Part shown: piece after piece, positions 13,867-30,224 of the stretch | Position numbering within the stretch: position 1 is the stretch's first letter | Layout of the letters: every line of letters begins with the position of its first letter | From: the human T2T-CHM13v2.0 reference genome, Homo sapiens | Assembly: GCF_009914755.1 (NCBI RefSeq) | Contig: NC_060941.1 | Reading direction: 5' to 3' (one strand) | DNA length: 64,000 nucleotides | Translations under genes and position numbers: made by a program | The notes under the pieces: model-generated | What the model saw: the letters and a program-made list of their open reading frames with translations, nothing else | What the model was told of the DNA's origin: nothing | Database searches by the model: none

Positions 13867-15964
13867 AAAACACTACTCTTTTAAAGGGTGGCAGAACTTT
13901 AGCCTTTGGATTATTTTGGGAAACCAAAGTTTTTCTGAGCTGCCTCTAAAGATTTCTGTCAAGCTGGGAGCCACTTGGGGTCAAAAACCTTTTCCCAAGA
14001 AAAATCCTAGGAAGCCTGAGAACTAACACACAATCCTGATGTGGGTGTGGGCCTCTCGTATCTTTGGAATGCCTAACCCGCTGGACCTCACCGCTCAAAC
14101 AGCCCCTGACGTCTAGACAGCAGGTCAGGAAGGTCTTCACTTAGGGTTTGGATTCTTGAATTTGCCTCGCACTCATGGATGTTGACATTGTCCAGAGCAG
14201 GCTTTGACATTTCATAAGTTACTATTTTTTCTCAGAAATGCATTATTTTCTCCAGCTTCCCAAGAAAGATCAAAATTAATGCTGAGTCTTTGATGCTTCA
14301 GTACATCACTCCAAATGCAGGGTACATCTCCACAGAAACTTTCCTCCCAGGCAAGCTTTTTTCTTCAACTAGGCATTTCTACATCAAAATGTAACCCTTT
14401 AGTCACTGTTCCCACTGTCCCCTGCCCCCTCAACAAACTGTATCGCAGCTATTTAAACATTTTTCAACATCCTGTAAGAATAACACGTACATTTCCCCCT
14501 CCTGTTTAAAAAAATTATTTTTTTCTCTTTGTTTTGACAAAATCCTGTTCTCTAGTTGCTTTTTCAAATATGGAAATTTAAGCATGATACAAATTACATG
14601 AACTCTCTACTCCCCCCAACCCTGGCTGCTGGACCTGTTGTGATCACATATCTGTTTCTACAAGCCACAGAAGAAAGTGACCTTGTTACTCTGAAAATCT
14701 CACTTTCATTCCAACTCTACCCCATTACCAATATTCTTTCATACATATGGCAATTTTGGGCCTTTCTTCAAAAATGTGACCAAAGGTACAATAAAATGAA
14801 AGGCTGAAAAATGACTGCTTTCTGCTTGCTCTCCTGAACTACAATCTTCTTCCATCATTTTTTTTCTAAACCAAAAGGTACCAGTCTATTTGGAAAATAA
14901 TCAGTTTTATAAAAGGTACCCTTACACTATTATTTTTACAATGACTACATGTATGGCAGGAGAAATTACAATCTGCTGAGAAAATTGCAAAATAATTTCT
15001 AACTCTATTTGCTATAATTTGACAATTCTATCTTAAGAGTCTAGAAAATATACCATTGTGAAATGTCTCAAACCCATTATCCTAATTGAAATCTATTTAA
15101 ATGGAATAGTTCCTTTGCAAGTCACATAAAAGCACATACAGAGCAGAGATCCTTCCTATTAAATCTAGAAATGCTATGCCTATAAAGTACATGACATCTA
15201 AGCAGTAAAGATTTTAGCCTCAAAATTCCTTAACCATTTGTCATCGTGTATGTGAACGCTCATCTAGAGACCTTCACCTGCTGCCATAGATACAAAATCG
15301 AGGATTGAACAATGCCCTTAAAAAGTAATAATAATAAAGTCAAGAAAAGCAGACATATTATGGTCATCTAGCTAGATTTCACTGCCCAGTTTTTATTCTC
15401 CACGTTTGTTTTCTTTTTAATACGATGAACCTTTTTCACTTTTCTGATCCTAAACCTTTGACTTTGGAATATACTGCATATTTTGGTGGTGTTCCATTAA
15501 AATGGGTCTGTGTCATAGGGATACGAACCAACTGGACAAGACGGAAGGGAGCCCCCAGGCACAACAGAGAGCAAAGGAAAGCCCGCAGACAGCTGAGAGC
15601 TAAAGCCATTACTGCCTCTGTATTTAAAATCCACAGTGCTGACTCTTCATTAATTTTAGATGAAATTCCACAGTAGGTTTTCTGTAATTACCAACAGCTT
15701 GCATTACTTGCTCATGAGATGGCTCTATCAATAAAGAGATCCGGTTTCTTAAGCAGAGTCTCCCAGATCATACGCCCACCTTCATGTGAGGACGTGTGCT
15801 GCCAATGGTCTAAGAAGTCCTCAGAAGCAATATGGAAAGGAGACCTTTCTCCAACACCCTTTAAGAGCCAGATCCCTGACCTCCTCCTGAGCACTAGAGG
15901 CTGAAATTCAGAAAGGAAGAAGCTTAAATGGCCAAAGGCAGAAGATGACCATTCTTGACTCTAA

Positions 15965-16305
<341 letters not shown>

Positions 16306-16748
16306 TACCAGCATTGTCTTAAATATTGGGCCGCCCCCTAGAAGAATGGTCTTTCTGAAAGCAGCAACTTCTGTCTTTAAAAAAAGGTATATAAAACAAT
16401 CATACTTTCATGAGCAGAGCCCACCATCACAGGACACACATGATGTTCATGAGGAAAGGAAGGAGTCAGTAACAGGCAACAGCAGATGTGTGTTCTAGAA
16501 CAGCTGGAGGCTGCACGAGGAGAAGGCTGGACTTCTGGGCTAAAAGGGGTAAGCTGAGGCCCTAAGGCCTTCCAAGGAAGGGCAGGATCCACCTTCCAGA
16601 GTCACAGAGCTGGGAGGACCAGCCTCCTGGTGCTGTGTCTACGTGAGGGACCCCCTTTTCTTGCTGCAGATAAGAATCACCAGACCTAACAGAAAAGCCA
16701 ATGACGGGGAACAGATTATTCAGGATACAGAAAAATAAAGAAGGCGGC

Positions 16749-17212
<464 letters not shown>

Positions 17213-17390
17213 CTAGGATGACGTGTATCTCCAATTCTCTCCCTCAAAGGTCTTCTAGGATTTGAGGGGAGTGGGGCTAGCAGTGAGGAAAGAGAATGTC
17301 AGGGCTCCAGAGATGATCTGGTTTGAGCAGTGAGGAGGCGGCCAGGCTTGCGCACGGATGCCCCGCGCGGGGAGCCTGCAGTTCGCTCAC

Positions 17391-17440
17391 CGGTGTTGTC
17401 TGTGCTCCAGGTTCTTCTACCGTGAATTGGTCTCTCCATT
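17391..17440 (-). other. Candidate 50-nt cassette or alternative first exon
   Basis: Minus strand: ctttttag|AATGGAGAGA...AACACCG|gtgagc, followed by an isolated CpG cluster (17335-17392). Confidence 0.3.
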
Positions 17441-17504
17441 CTAAAAAGCTGGCTTTAGAGCTTTTTAGATGAGAGGTATGAGAGATTTAGACCTGAAGTT
17501 CCTC

Positions 17505-17665
17505 TTTAACCTTTCTCAGTTGCGGGCTTTTTGAAAGCCTGATGAACATCAAAGATCTCTCCCCACCACACAAATATACATACACAAATATCCTCAAGAT
17601 TTTGCACTTGATTTTCAAGGAGACACAGATATTTCTCTTCCCCCTCCCCAAGATTAAAAAACCCA
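17505..17665. mobile_element. Short hAT-Charlie-type DNA transposon relic
   Basis: tttaacctttctcagttgcgggctttttgaaagcctgatgaac...ccaagattaaaaaaccc. Confidence 0.45.
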
Positions 17666-18516
17666 GATGTACAGAATTCATTACACTCTTTTGAACAGGA
17701 GGAGTAGGGTTTTAATCCACATTCCTTTGGATGGTGAGTGCATGGTCCTAGGGCATTTGGGCAAGACAGAGACAGCATGTGAAATCTCACTCCAGGAAGA
17801 AGACAGCCTTCTGGTGCCTCCCAAAGCTTTGCCAGCAATTTTACTCCTGGAACCAAGACTGTAGTGGGAAAACGGCTGGTTACTTTCTAGACAATAAATA
17901 ACCAATCTATTGAAAAACAAACTATAACTGCAAAACATACCTAAGTGCTTTATGTTAGTGAGAGAAAGAATAAGAAATAATCAAAGAACAAGAGAGAAAG
18001 ACAGAAAAGAAAAATTGGTACACTAATTTATAAGCTATTAATTTGGGAGAAAAGAATCTATTTTATAAGAATTTTCCATGCTTAATGCTACTTAAAGAGT
18101 TAAAATACTTGTTTAAGATTCTTCAAAGACCTTCCCTAAAAGGAAACACAAGATGGGTAAGGACCTCATTTTAAAGATTCACAGGAGGCTGACTCTCACC
18201 AGTGTCTGGACCTGCCCAGTGACAGTCCCCAAGCATAGCCACTGTTTTCTAAGCAGTGTCATCTGCTGAATGCTGAAGGGATCACTGGATAACCAGTCCA
18301 TATTAAATAAATGCAGGTATAGCCTATTTTATAAGCCTTTTATCAGGCCTCAAAGAATTTGGCTTGAAATCATCCCAGTGATTAGACGAGGGTTCCCATG
18401 CCAGATGGTAGGCTTCCTGCTTGTCTGTCAGGGACCCTCCCTCCCTTAGCAGTAGCATCACACTTGAAAAGATGTCCCTGTGTACCCACATTGACAGAAA
18501 TAAGAACTAAAGGGCT

Positions 18517-18818
18517 GGCCAGGCAGGGCTCACCCCTGTGATCCCAGCACTTTAGGAGGCCAAGGAGGGTGGATTGCTGGAGGTCAGGAGTTCGAGATGA
18601 GCCTGGCCAACATGGTGAAACCCCATCTCTACTAAAAATACAAAAATTTACCAGGCCTGGTGGTGCATGCCTGTAATCCCAGCTACTTAGGAGGCTGAGG
18701 AAGGAGGATCACTTGAACCCAGGAGGCGGAGGTTGCAGTGAGCCGAGATTACGCCACTGCACTTGAGACTGGGCAACAGAACAAGACTTTGTCTCAAAGA
18801 AAAAAAAAAAAAGGAAAA
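18517..18818 (+). mobile_element. Alu (AluS)
   Basis: Full dimer, TSD taaagggct. Confidence 0.96.
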
Positions 18819-20441
18819 AACATAAAGGGCTGACCCCAGGTACCTGCCCCCATACCTACTGTTTACTGCTGTAAGAACAGGAAAGCAAAACCTCTCATTC
18901 CAACTTTAAATACTGACTTAAGCACTTGTATAAATGAGCTCCTAAAACAGAAAAACATCGTTCAAAAAAATTCCTTTTTTCCTTAGCTTGAATAAAGCAC
19001 CCATCTCACTCAACGTTAACCAATCGACAGTACAGCCTGCTTTGTGCTTACTTAGCAGTGTGTAGGGTGAGAGGCTAGGACACTCCACTGGAGCACTGTG
19101 GGAAGGAGCTCAGGAGGAGCTGGAAGGCAGTTCTGAGAGGGAAAACGGAGGCTAATGGTTCAGTTCTGTGACAGATCCCACAAAATGGCTAAAATGCTTG
19201 CAGACCATAAGAAAGCTAAGTTTTAGAAATAGTGAAATTTGCAATTTCTGGAAGGCTTCTTTGGAGCTGTGGGTCAACAAATATACATATATTAAATTTG
19301 TTTTCAATTGTATTTTTTGAGATTAACACTTTGGCATTAAAAAATCATACAGACTTCTGGAAGGATCTCTTAACCATCCACCCCAGAAAATTCTGGGCCC
19401 TGCACTTGCTACACTTGCTGCCAAAACAACTCTATCATCTAACTGAAAAACTAAACTCAAGATGTGTTTTTTCTCTTCCCTAAGATTTTAGTACCTCCTG
19501 AAATAAAATTCACTTCAGGCTATTAGGCCTCCTCTGAACAATGATCACAGTCAGCCTTAAGACAAAAGCTAGGCTGACCAAATGAGTTTGGTTTCTGGCT
19601 CAGAGCATGATCAACAGCCATTTCTGCTGGGAGTTTTAGCCTTAAAAAAAAATTAATGTTCCTGCTTCACTATTAACCTACCCCATCAGGATCGAATACC
19701 ACTCACCGTATCCCCACAGACATTAGCCTACCCTGGGAAATTAAAACAAAAGCAATTCCTTTCCCACGGGTTTTCAGCTACTGACTTATTTCCCATTTCG
19801 ATCTTGCCCCTGAACTTAGCCAGGCAAAGAGGCTCAATTCCTGAGGGCAGCTCCTGCCAGGCTTCCTACAGCAGTTTCTGCTCCTAACTGTAGGTGAGGT
19901 GGATAGGAAACTGGGGTGGCCACATCAGATCAGCCACTGTCAGGGACTAACCGTCAAGCAGTCACTTCTAACACACATCCAGGCACTGAGGATACCAAGA
20001 TGGCTCCTGCTCCAGGTTAAGTGGGAGCATTTCCATCATTTTTATCAAAGGAAACAATAATAGAAGGTAGGAAATGCTCAGCCGTTAGTGAGCAACTTTA
20101 GTGAGCAGGTGCCAGCCTGCCTGCCTGAACAAGAGTTCTGTGCTTACTTCCCAGCCCCAGTCACAAGCTCCCTTGCCCTCTGGATGGCTTTTCCTCATTT
20201 GTCATCATTAAGTCCAACACACACACTTCCCTCTACCTGCTCTCAGATGTAAAATTATCAGCAAGGTAGGGTTAGAGTTTACTGCATGGTCCACTTGTAA
20301 TAGACTTCACCTTATACAAACATCTGCATGGTCTACTACACCTGCCGGAGGCCTACTTTAAAATCTGTCTATGGAAAATAACACTGTTGTCTCGGTCTGG
20401 CAGGCAGCATCCTACAACAACATAACTTGCTCCCCTCTCAC

Positions 20442-20750
20442 TTTTTTATTTTTTTTATTTTTGACAGGGTCTCGCTCTGTTGCCTGGGCTAGAGTGCAGT
20501 GGCACCATCTTGGCTCACTGTAACCTCTGCCTCCCAAGCTCAAGCAATCCTCCCACCTCAGCCTCCTAAGTAGCAGAGACCACAGGTGCATGTCACCATG
20601 CCCAGCTAATTTTTGTTTTTGTTTTTTATTTTTGTAGAGACAGGGTTTCACCATGTTGCCCAGGCTGGTCTTGAACTCCTGAACTCAAGGGATCCACCTG
20701 CCTCAGCCTCCCAAAGTGCTGGATTACAGGTGTGAGCCACCAGGCCCAGA
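20442..20750 (-). mobile_element. Alu (AluJ-like)
   Basis: Antisense dimer. Confidence 0.95.
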
Positions 20751-22086
20751 TTTCCCCTTTCCATCATAAAAGGAAATGCTTTCCACCAGGTTTCCATGAT
20801 CAGGGCACACAGAGTAAATTACTTACAGGATTTTCCTTTGGGGCTAGGTGCACCCCATAGTACTTTGCTCTAACTCCAATCCTAACAACCACCAGATGGT
20901 ATTTGCCTGCCTGTGCTGTTAAGGTTTCCAGCACATGGGGAATGAGCTGTTCACACTCAGGCATGAGCTTACAGATACCAGAGCCCCTCCCTTAATGGTG
21001 TTCCCAATCAGCTTTGGTGCTGGTTTCCACTCGAGAGTTCCGAGGCACCACTTTGGTACCTAGAATGCTACTAAGTCACACAGGTCTCCTCATTATCCGA
21101 TTCTGTGATTTTCCTGTAGGCTTTTCTCTAATTACTATACATTAATACAAATTTCTAATTAATATAAAGCTTAAAGCCTTCTTAACTTGCAGTCTCCCAG
21201 AAAACGCATCACTCTAGTCTTCACAAAACATCTTCTCTCTGGTTACCAGAGGTGCTGGTCTGGGGAACCAGTCCCTTCCTTCCAAAAGAACATTATCTCG
21301 GCATCAAGTCCTTCGATTTCCTATTCGTAACTTCAAAGTTCCCGGGGAAGACCCAGGTTTCTCCTTTTTCCTTTTGACATGTCAGGTGGACCTGATGAGC
21401 ACTGGCAGGCTCCCCCACTCATCTGGAAGTAGCCCTCAGGAAGAGAGAGAAGGGGGAAGCCTCCCCATCTGCAGGGTCAGTTCTAAACACAACTGCCCAG
21501 CTTCTTTCCAACAGGGAATCCAGCAACAGCAGGAAGCCTCCCCTGCACAAGGTACAACCAGAATTCCCTCTTATTACTGCCTAGAGCCCTCTTTAGTGTC
21601 CACCAGGTAGTACCAGGGTCTACTCAGAAACACTTGGCAAACACCCCCGACAGGCAAAGTACTCTAGTTTGCTGATGGCAGTGAGGGAGGTCAGAGGGAG
21701 GAGAAAGGTGCAAATATGAGCAGGGCAGAATCCCTACCCTCTAGGAAGAGAGGAAGACTACTGCACCCCTGGCTGTGGGCTGTATATGGAATACTCCAAC
21801 CTTAAGGTCTCAAAATGGAGCCTCATGTCAGTGTCTCCTGAGGCTGGGTGCAGAAAACCCATCCAGACAAGAGGATCAGCCTCAAATCCCATCCTTCCAA
21901 CATGATGGGCAAATGCCTTTCAAGTCTGGGACAAGGGCATGGAACATGGTTTCTCAGAACATGTTTTTGTAGGATGCTCCAAACCCTCTGTACAGTTTTC
22001 ATGATAGATCCCTGTGAACTCTTTCCCCCCATTTCCCTTCCTGGGTTATTCTCTAAAAACTACTTAACCTCTCCAATAAATCCAAG

Positions 22087-22376
22087 TTGTTTTTGTCTGT
22101 TTTTGAGGTGTCACCCAGGCTGGAGTGCAGTGGCACAATGATGGCTCACTGCAGCCTGGACCTCCCAGGCTCAAGCAATCCTCCCACCTCAGCACCCTGA
22201 GTAGGACTACAGGTGCACACCACCATGCCTAATTTTTAAATTTTTTGTAAAGAATTTAAAGATGGGGAGGTCTCCCTATGTTGCCCAGGCTGGTCTTGAA
22301 TCCTGGGCTCAAGCGATCCTCCCACCCTAGCCTCCCAAAGTGCTGGGATTACAGGCATGACCCACTGTGCTCAGCC
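22087..22376 (-). mobile_element. Alu (AluJ-like)
   Basis: Antisense dimer, TSD ataaa(t)ccaagtt. Confidence 0.94.
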
Positions 22377-22435
22377 ATATAACCAAGTTTTAAAGAGAAG
22401 TCCTCAAGTTGAGTTTCCCTTATTTTCTAATGTGG

Positions 22436-23460
<1,025 letters not shown>

Positions 23461-24174
23461 GAGGTCGAGCTTGCATTCGTAGTGAGGAGAAATGTCAATT
23501 ACCTCTGGCAGAAAGCACAGGCTGAACAAACTCTGCAGCTCACTGGCACTGCACTTCCCTCGGCACCTATTTTTCAGAATTTCTAGAAAAATTTCAAGCC
23601 CATCTCTTATTTACTCCTAAATCTATTCCTGAAACTGTCATCCATTTTTAACACATTTATCAAGCATCTACGATGCTCTGGGGATAGAGAGGTGACCAGC
23701 AGCTCATGCTCTCTGCGTCTGTCTTCTTTGAGCCCCTGGGTGTTGCCTAGAGGCAGCCTCTAAACCCTCCTGGCAGCAAACACAACTCCCAAAGCTGGGG
23801 CTCATCTTACCTTCTGAAACCTTCATACAAGCCACTTAACAGACGCCTCTCTACCTCTTAGAGACATTCCGCAATGCAACAAGCAGCTTGAGTTCTTTTC
23901 ACTCAGAGATTCACTCCTCATTTCATAATATTCTGAGCCCCAGGAGACATCATAGCATCAAATCAAAACTCCCCAGGTCTTTGAGCCTTGCTCTTAAAGG
24001 AAGATCATGAGTCCCACCAGGCAGTTCTTCCTTCTACTACATAATCAAACTCCTTTTCTCTAAAATGTACTGAGTTTGGAACCTACATGCGACTTGTGCC
24101 CTTTGATTTGTTGCCCAGATTAGTTTGTGCTGGGCTCTATCCTATCACCAGGAATGGTGGTTTAATAAACCCTG

Positions 24175-24320
24175 GAGCTATACTGTCCAATATGGGCACA
24201 TGGAACTATTTAAATTAAAATTAAAGCTTCGGTTTCAGCTTAATTAAAATTAAAGCTTCCAATTCTCAGTTGCACTAACCACCTTTCAAATGTTTAATGG
24301 TCTGTTGTACCATGATGCAC
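24175..24320. mobile_element. MER3/MER33-like hAT-Charlie fragment
   Basis: ctgtccaatatgg...ctcagttgcactaaccacctttcaaatgtttaatgg. Confidence 0.5.
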
Positions 24321-24613
24321 AGAGGCACTGCTACAGGGTTGTTTGCATGTTTGATGTGAATTTCCCCTTTAAAAAATAAAAATGAAATTCAACATATAGA
24401 AACTTTCGACATATTAACTTGTGTCCTGTTTCATGCTACAAGTGAATACTATAAATTGAACTTAAAGTAACATATGCCACTAAAATACTGCTTCTTAATC
24501 AGTTTCACAGTTTGGGCTTTGTGTAAAATTCATTTGCTAAGAATGTTTGAAAATAACCTGTGACTTCATCATGGGCTCATAATTTTATGAGCCACTGTGG
24601 ACAAACACTGTCC

Positions 24614-24920
24614 TTTTTTGTTTGTTTGATTTTTAGATACAGGGTCTTATTCTGTCACCAACGCTGTGGTGCAGTGGTGCCATCATGGCTCACAGCAGCC
24701 TTGAATTCCCAGGCTTAAGCAATCCTCCTCCCAGCTCAGCCTGCCAAGTAGCTAGGACTACAGGTGTGTGTCACTGCGTCTGGCTTTTTTTTTTTTTTTT
24801 TTGTAGAGGCAGGGTCTCACTATGTTGCCTAGGCTGGTCTCAAACTCTTGGCCTCAAGTGATCCTCCACTTCGGTCTCCCAAAGTGCTGGGATTGCAGAC
24901 ATAAGCCACAGCACCTGGCC
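24614..24920 (-). mobile_element. Alu (AluJ-like)
   Basis: Antisense dimer. Confidence 0.95.
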
Positions 24921-26009
24921 TTTAAAAAAAAAAAATGTACCTTGCACACTGCCCAGTACAGTTGCTACTTAGTAAATACATAGACTAACTGGTCATCTTG
25001 AAAGCACTCTTAATTTTATATGCCTACTTCTCATAGACAAGTCTGTAAGAGGTTTCCACTAAATGTTCATTTCAGATTCTGAATTTCAACTACCTAACAC
25101 CAGCCCTATAATTATGCAGTGTGCAGGCATTTTTTTCTCTAGAATATCTACCAAATGATTTTATAGTCCAAAGACACATTTATACTGTGACAGAAAATCC
25201 ACCAACAATGCTTCATTGTGGAACTATCTTGGAACAAGATTAGCAAAAGTTGATAATTATCAAAATTGAGTAATAGATGCCTGATATCCATTATATTATT
25301 CTTCACTTTTGTGTATGTTTTTTAAAATTCCAGAGCAAAAGATATTTTGAAAAACTTAGTCAATTATATACAAATTTGATGAGGCCTCACACATACTTTA
25401 CAAGATAACTATAACTTAAATATGGCTGGGTTCATAGCACTTTATTGACTATCCCAAGCCAGTGACCTGTTTCATGAAGTCCTCTCCTTGTATGGTCCTG
25501 AGGCGTGGTTGTTCCTTTGAATGGGGAAACATCATCAAATCTCGCTGGAGATGGGGTTCAGGCAGGTTTTGCACACAGCAACTCCGAGTTGTCATGTTTG
25601 ACCACCTGGCTGTAAGGCCAGTAGTCTCTGTCTCCTCTTATCAGGAAAAAAGGTGAAAGATCTGCCCGCATCCAAACACTAAAGCAAACAACTGCAGGCA
25701 AGAGCAGAGGAACAGCTGCTTCCGGTCCACCTTGCTCCACACTCAGGACTGCACCCACTGCAGAGATGCCTACAGGTAGGGCCAAGTCTCCCAGGTACGG
25801 GTGCTGAATGCTTAGCACACCACAGAAAGTCCAACATAATCTACCTTAGAATGCCTCCATGGATACACCTACTCAGCTGTCTTAGTTTTACCTTCTGCCC
25901 TATGGTTACGCTACACATGGAATCATGGGAAATGCTGACTAGGAAGAGAAGCTCATCCACTCGAAATCAAGTTCCCCACAGCCCTGAGAGTCAGCAAACC
26001 CTACCCACA

Positions 26010-26545
26010 GTCCTTTCTGTACATGCCAGGCATGGCTCTCAAGGCTCATTCAACCCTCATAGCATCTTGGAGGTGGGAAAGTGAGGCAAAAGAGGTTAAG
26101 AAACTTCCCGAGGCCCCTTGAGCAGTGTCTGGTTCCCAAGCTTCTGCTCTCCCTGCTACACTATGCTGCCTTGTGACATGTCCTCTGCAGAATGGCACCT
26201 TCTGAGCCTGCCCTTCCCATATTCCCCTCTCTGCCCCTCTGCACAGCAGCCAGACATCCACGTTGCTCTCTCTCTTGAAATGCTCTGCCCAAGACCCCCA
26301 GTTGCTGGTTTCTTCCTTTTCTTTCTTTCTTGGTGCCCTGTTCTTTTCCTTCAGAGGAAGGAGATTTTACACATATTACAATCCAATATATATGATGCAT
26401 ATGTCTATTGACTTGTTTGTTGTCTAGACTAGATAATGTGCTTTGTGCAGGAAGGAACCACATCTGTTTTGCTCCCCATCAGATTTCCAATGCCAAGCAC
26501 AATGCTTGGCCCTGGTAGATGCTCAAATACTTGCTGAATGACGAT
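26010..26545. mobile_element. MIR fragment (-) followed by an L2 3' end (+)
   Basis: ctcattcaaccctcatagc...gaggttaagaaactt; then tagactagataatg...gtagatgctcaaatacttgctgaatga. Confidence 0.55.
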
Positions 26546-27165
26546 CACTGTTCAGTCAATCCTTTCAGTAAAAAGATTTTTAAATTCTCTATTTTGAGCC
26601 TAAAATAATAAATATAACCATCTATAAGAATACAGCCCAAAAGACAGCATGAGGTCCAAGAAAGGACTGAAAATTGAATAAGAAAACAAGCCAGCTTATG
26701 TCAGCTTTGAACAGCAAGAGAAATGAAACTTATAAAATGCATATTGGGATTCTGAAAGGTTATTTGCAGGAGCAATCCAACGGGTAGGTTTTAATCTCAA
26801 ATCCTAAATAAGCTTATGACTGAAGCCAGCTCCTCTTGCCCAGTGCTGCTTTCAACTGTTAGAATAAGCTGGGGAGGCACTTAATGTGTTTGTTGCAATA
26901 ATCTTCTTAGGGAAAAGCCCTTAGAACCAATATTCCAGGCAAATCCAGCAGACAAAGGTTACCTGGTTGTTTCAAAGCCCACCCACATTTCCCATTCTCC
27001 CAGCTTCCACACAGAAAGGTTAGATTCTTCTCTCAATAGTCCCATTTATGCTCACAGTGACCTGGCACATGGCTTTTGTTCACCAAAGAAAAGCCTTTCC
27101 TTTCAAGGACTTAAGTCTTCTGCAATAAGAGTTAATTCTTTAAGTTTAACAAAGTTCTCCCAATA

Positions 27166-28115
<950 letters not shown>

Positions 28116-28129
28116 AGCAACATAAGCCA

Positions 28130-28330
28130 GTATTCTAGGCCCAGCTATCAGTCCTTGACCTTGCTGTGTAATCTTGGAAAGTTATTTAACCTTTCTGAGC
28201 CTCAGTTTTCTCATCTTAAAATAAGATTGATAATAGTATCTACTATTCATAGGGTGGTATAAAGTTTAAAGGTAGGAACAGTGCCTGGCACACGATTCCC
28301 CGTAAATGATAGTTACTCACATTGTTATCA
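28130..28330 (+). mobile_element. MIR SINE
   Basis: gctgtgtaatcttggaaagttatttaacctttctgagcctcagttttctcatc. Confidence 0.8.
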
Positions 28331-28476
28331 CCTGCGTATTGTTTTGTTTTTCAAAGCACTATCACAAACACCTGAGACTTCAAAAGTCCTGAATACAATC
28401 ATTTTCTTTCAATTGTTTAATTTCTCAGATTCTTAGAATCATAAACTCATATAATCTATGAGACTGCTAGCAGTAG

Positions 28477-28803
<327 letters not shown>

Positions 28804-29479
28804 TGGAAGAGAGACTTTTAAAAGTCCAAATTAGTGAAGTGACGCGCAGCTGGTATCCTGCCTTGCTGCCCAGTGCAATTTTGGGTGATCCACGCAGCCA
28901 TTGGGAAATATGTTTCTAATGGTGAAGCAGGGATGACAGGTGAAACTGTCAGGACTGTAGCCTTCTGACTCCAAGTCTAGTGTTCTCTCCACCCCACCAA
29001 TGCCAGTCAAGGGCTTCTGAACTTTCATGACCTCCTAGCATCCCTCTCATTAATGGTGCTTCATGGACATTTCACGCAGTGTAATTACGCATTATAAAGA
29101 GTTTGGAAAGGAGCAACACAAAATCTTGTATAACCTATGAGTTGCTTTAAAACTCACATGTAAGAATATTCACAACAGCATGGGCTTCCAGTCTTCTTAT
29201 TACAATATTTACTTTAAACTTGGGATTTAAAGTTGACAAAGACCTTAATGAATAGGAAGACAAAGGGAGCTGTCTGTCCATGGCTCGTTAGCTCCTGAAG
29301 TTAATGTTTCTCACAGGGACAAGAGTCAGCCAAAGGATAGTGCTCTAGGCAAATTGGAAAATGTTCCTCCAGCCACAAACCATGGATTATTGCCTAGGCG
29401 TTGAGTGGCAAATCTTACGAGATGCTTCCCAGCTTTTCCCAGTTAACCATTCATCCTGTCAGTGGACAGCATGACCTGT

Positions 29480-29840
29480 TATTGGGTGCTCACTAGAACC
29501 AGGGACATAAGTGATCTCATTTAATTCTTACAACTACCTATAAATAATATACTACCCTAGTTCATCTAAGACCATTGACTATAAGACACACTGTTATTTT
29601 ATGTGCCAAAAAAGGAAGCCACTGCTGACTACAAGTCTAAGACCCCATACATTACAAGATGCTTTTTTTCCCCAGGAATGTTAACATTACATAAATTACA
29701 CTGTCTTAGCATTGTTGAAATGGGAATATTTTCCCACTTTACAAAGAAACTGAGGTACACAGAAAGAGAAGTAATTTACCCTTAAGGTCACAGAGCTGGT
29801 AAGCAGAGCACAAGGATACAGACCCAGTCAGTCCAGTCAC
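29480..29840 (-). mobile_element. MIR interrupted by a short Tigger-like relic (~29550-29735)
   Basis: MIR halves gatctcatttaattcttacaac and aagaaactgaggtacacaga flank an unrelated ~180-bp insert. Confidence 0.5.
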
Positions 29841-30090
29841 CTTTTCATGGCAGTAAAAGATTTCCCAATAGCCTCGTGAATTACTCAAAACTGCACTTGG
29901 CAGAGAGACAGACATCGGCATCTAACTCTGGCTCCAGCAGGAGCACAGGAGCTCATTAGTGCAGCAATTCTCTGAACATCTCTGAACCTGACCACTCTGA
30001 ACATGTCCACTCAAGAGGACACTGCAAGAGACATCTCTAATAAACTGCCATTTCTCTCCAGGGAAAAACAACGTGGTACAATGGAAAAAG

Positions 30091-30224
30091 TGTGTTTTGT
30101 TTGCTTGGACACAGGGTCTTACTCTGTCATCCAGGATGGTCTCAAACCCTTGGCCTCAAGTAATCCTCTTGCCTTGGCCTCCCAAGGTACTGGGATTACA
30201 AGATGTGAGCCACTGTGCCTGGCC
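30091..30224 (-). mobile_element. FLAM / Alu monomer inside a MIR (MIR continues to ~30420)
   Basis: Antisense left monomer; MIR core ttgggcaagttact...tctgagcctcggtttcctcttctgtaaaatg follows. Confidence 0.85.

Noticed and set aside
25467-25636. Possible 170-nt minus-strand exon (ttttttcctgataag|...ACAG|gtcact)
   Set aside because: AAG acceptor and weak donor; not enough support
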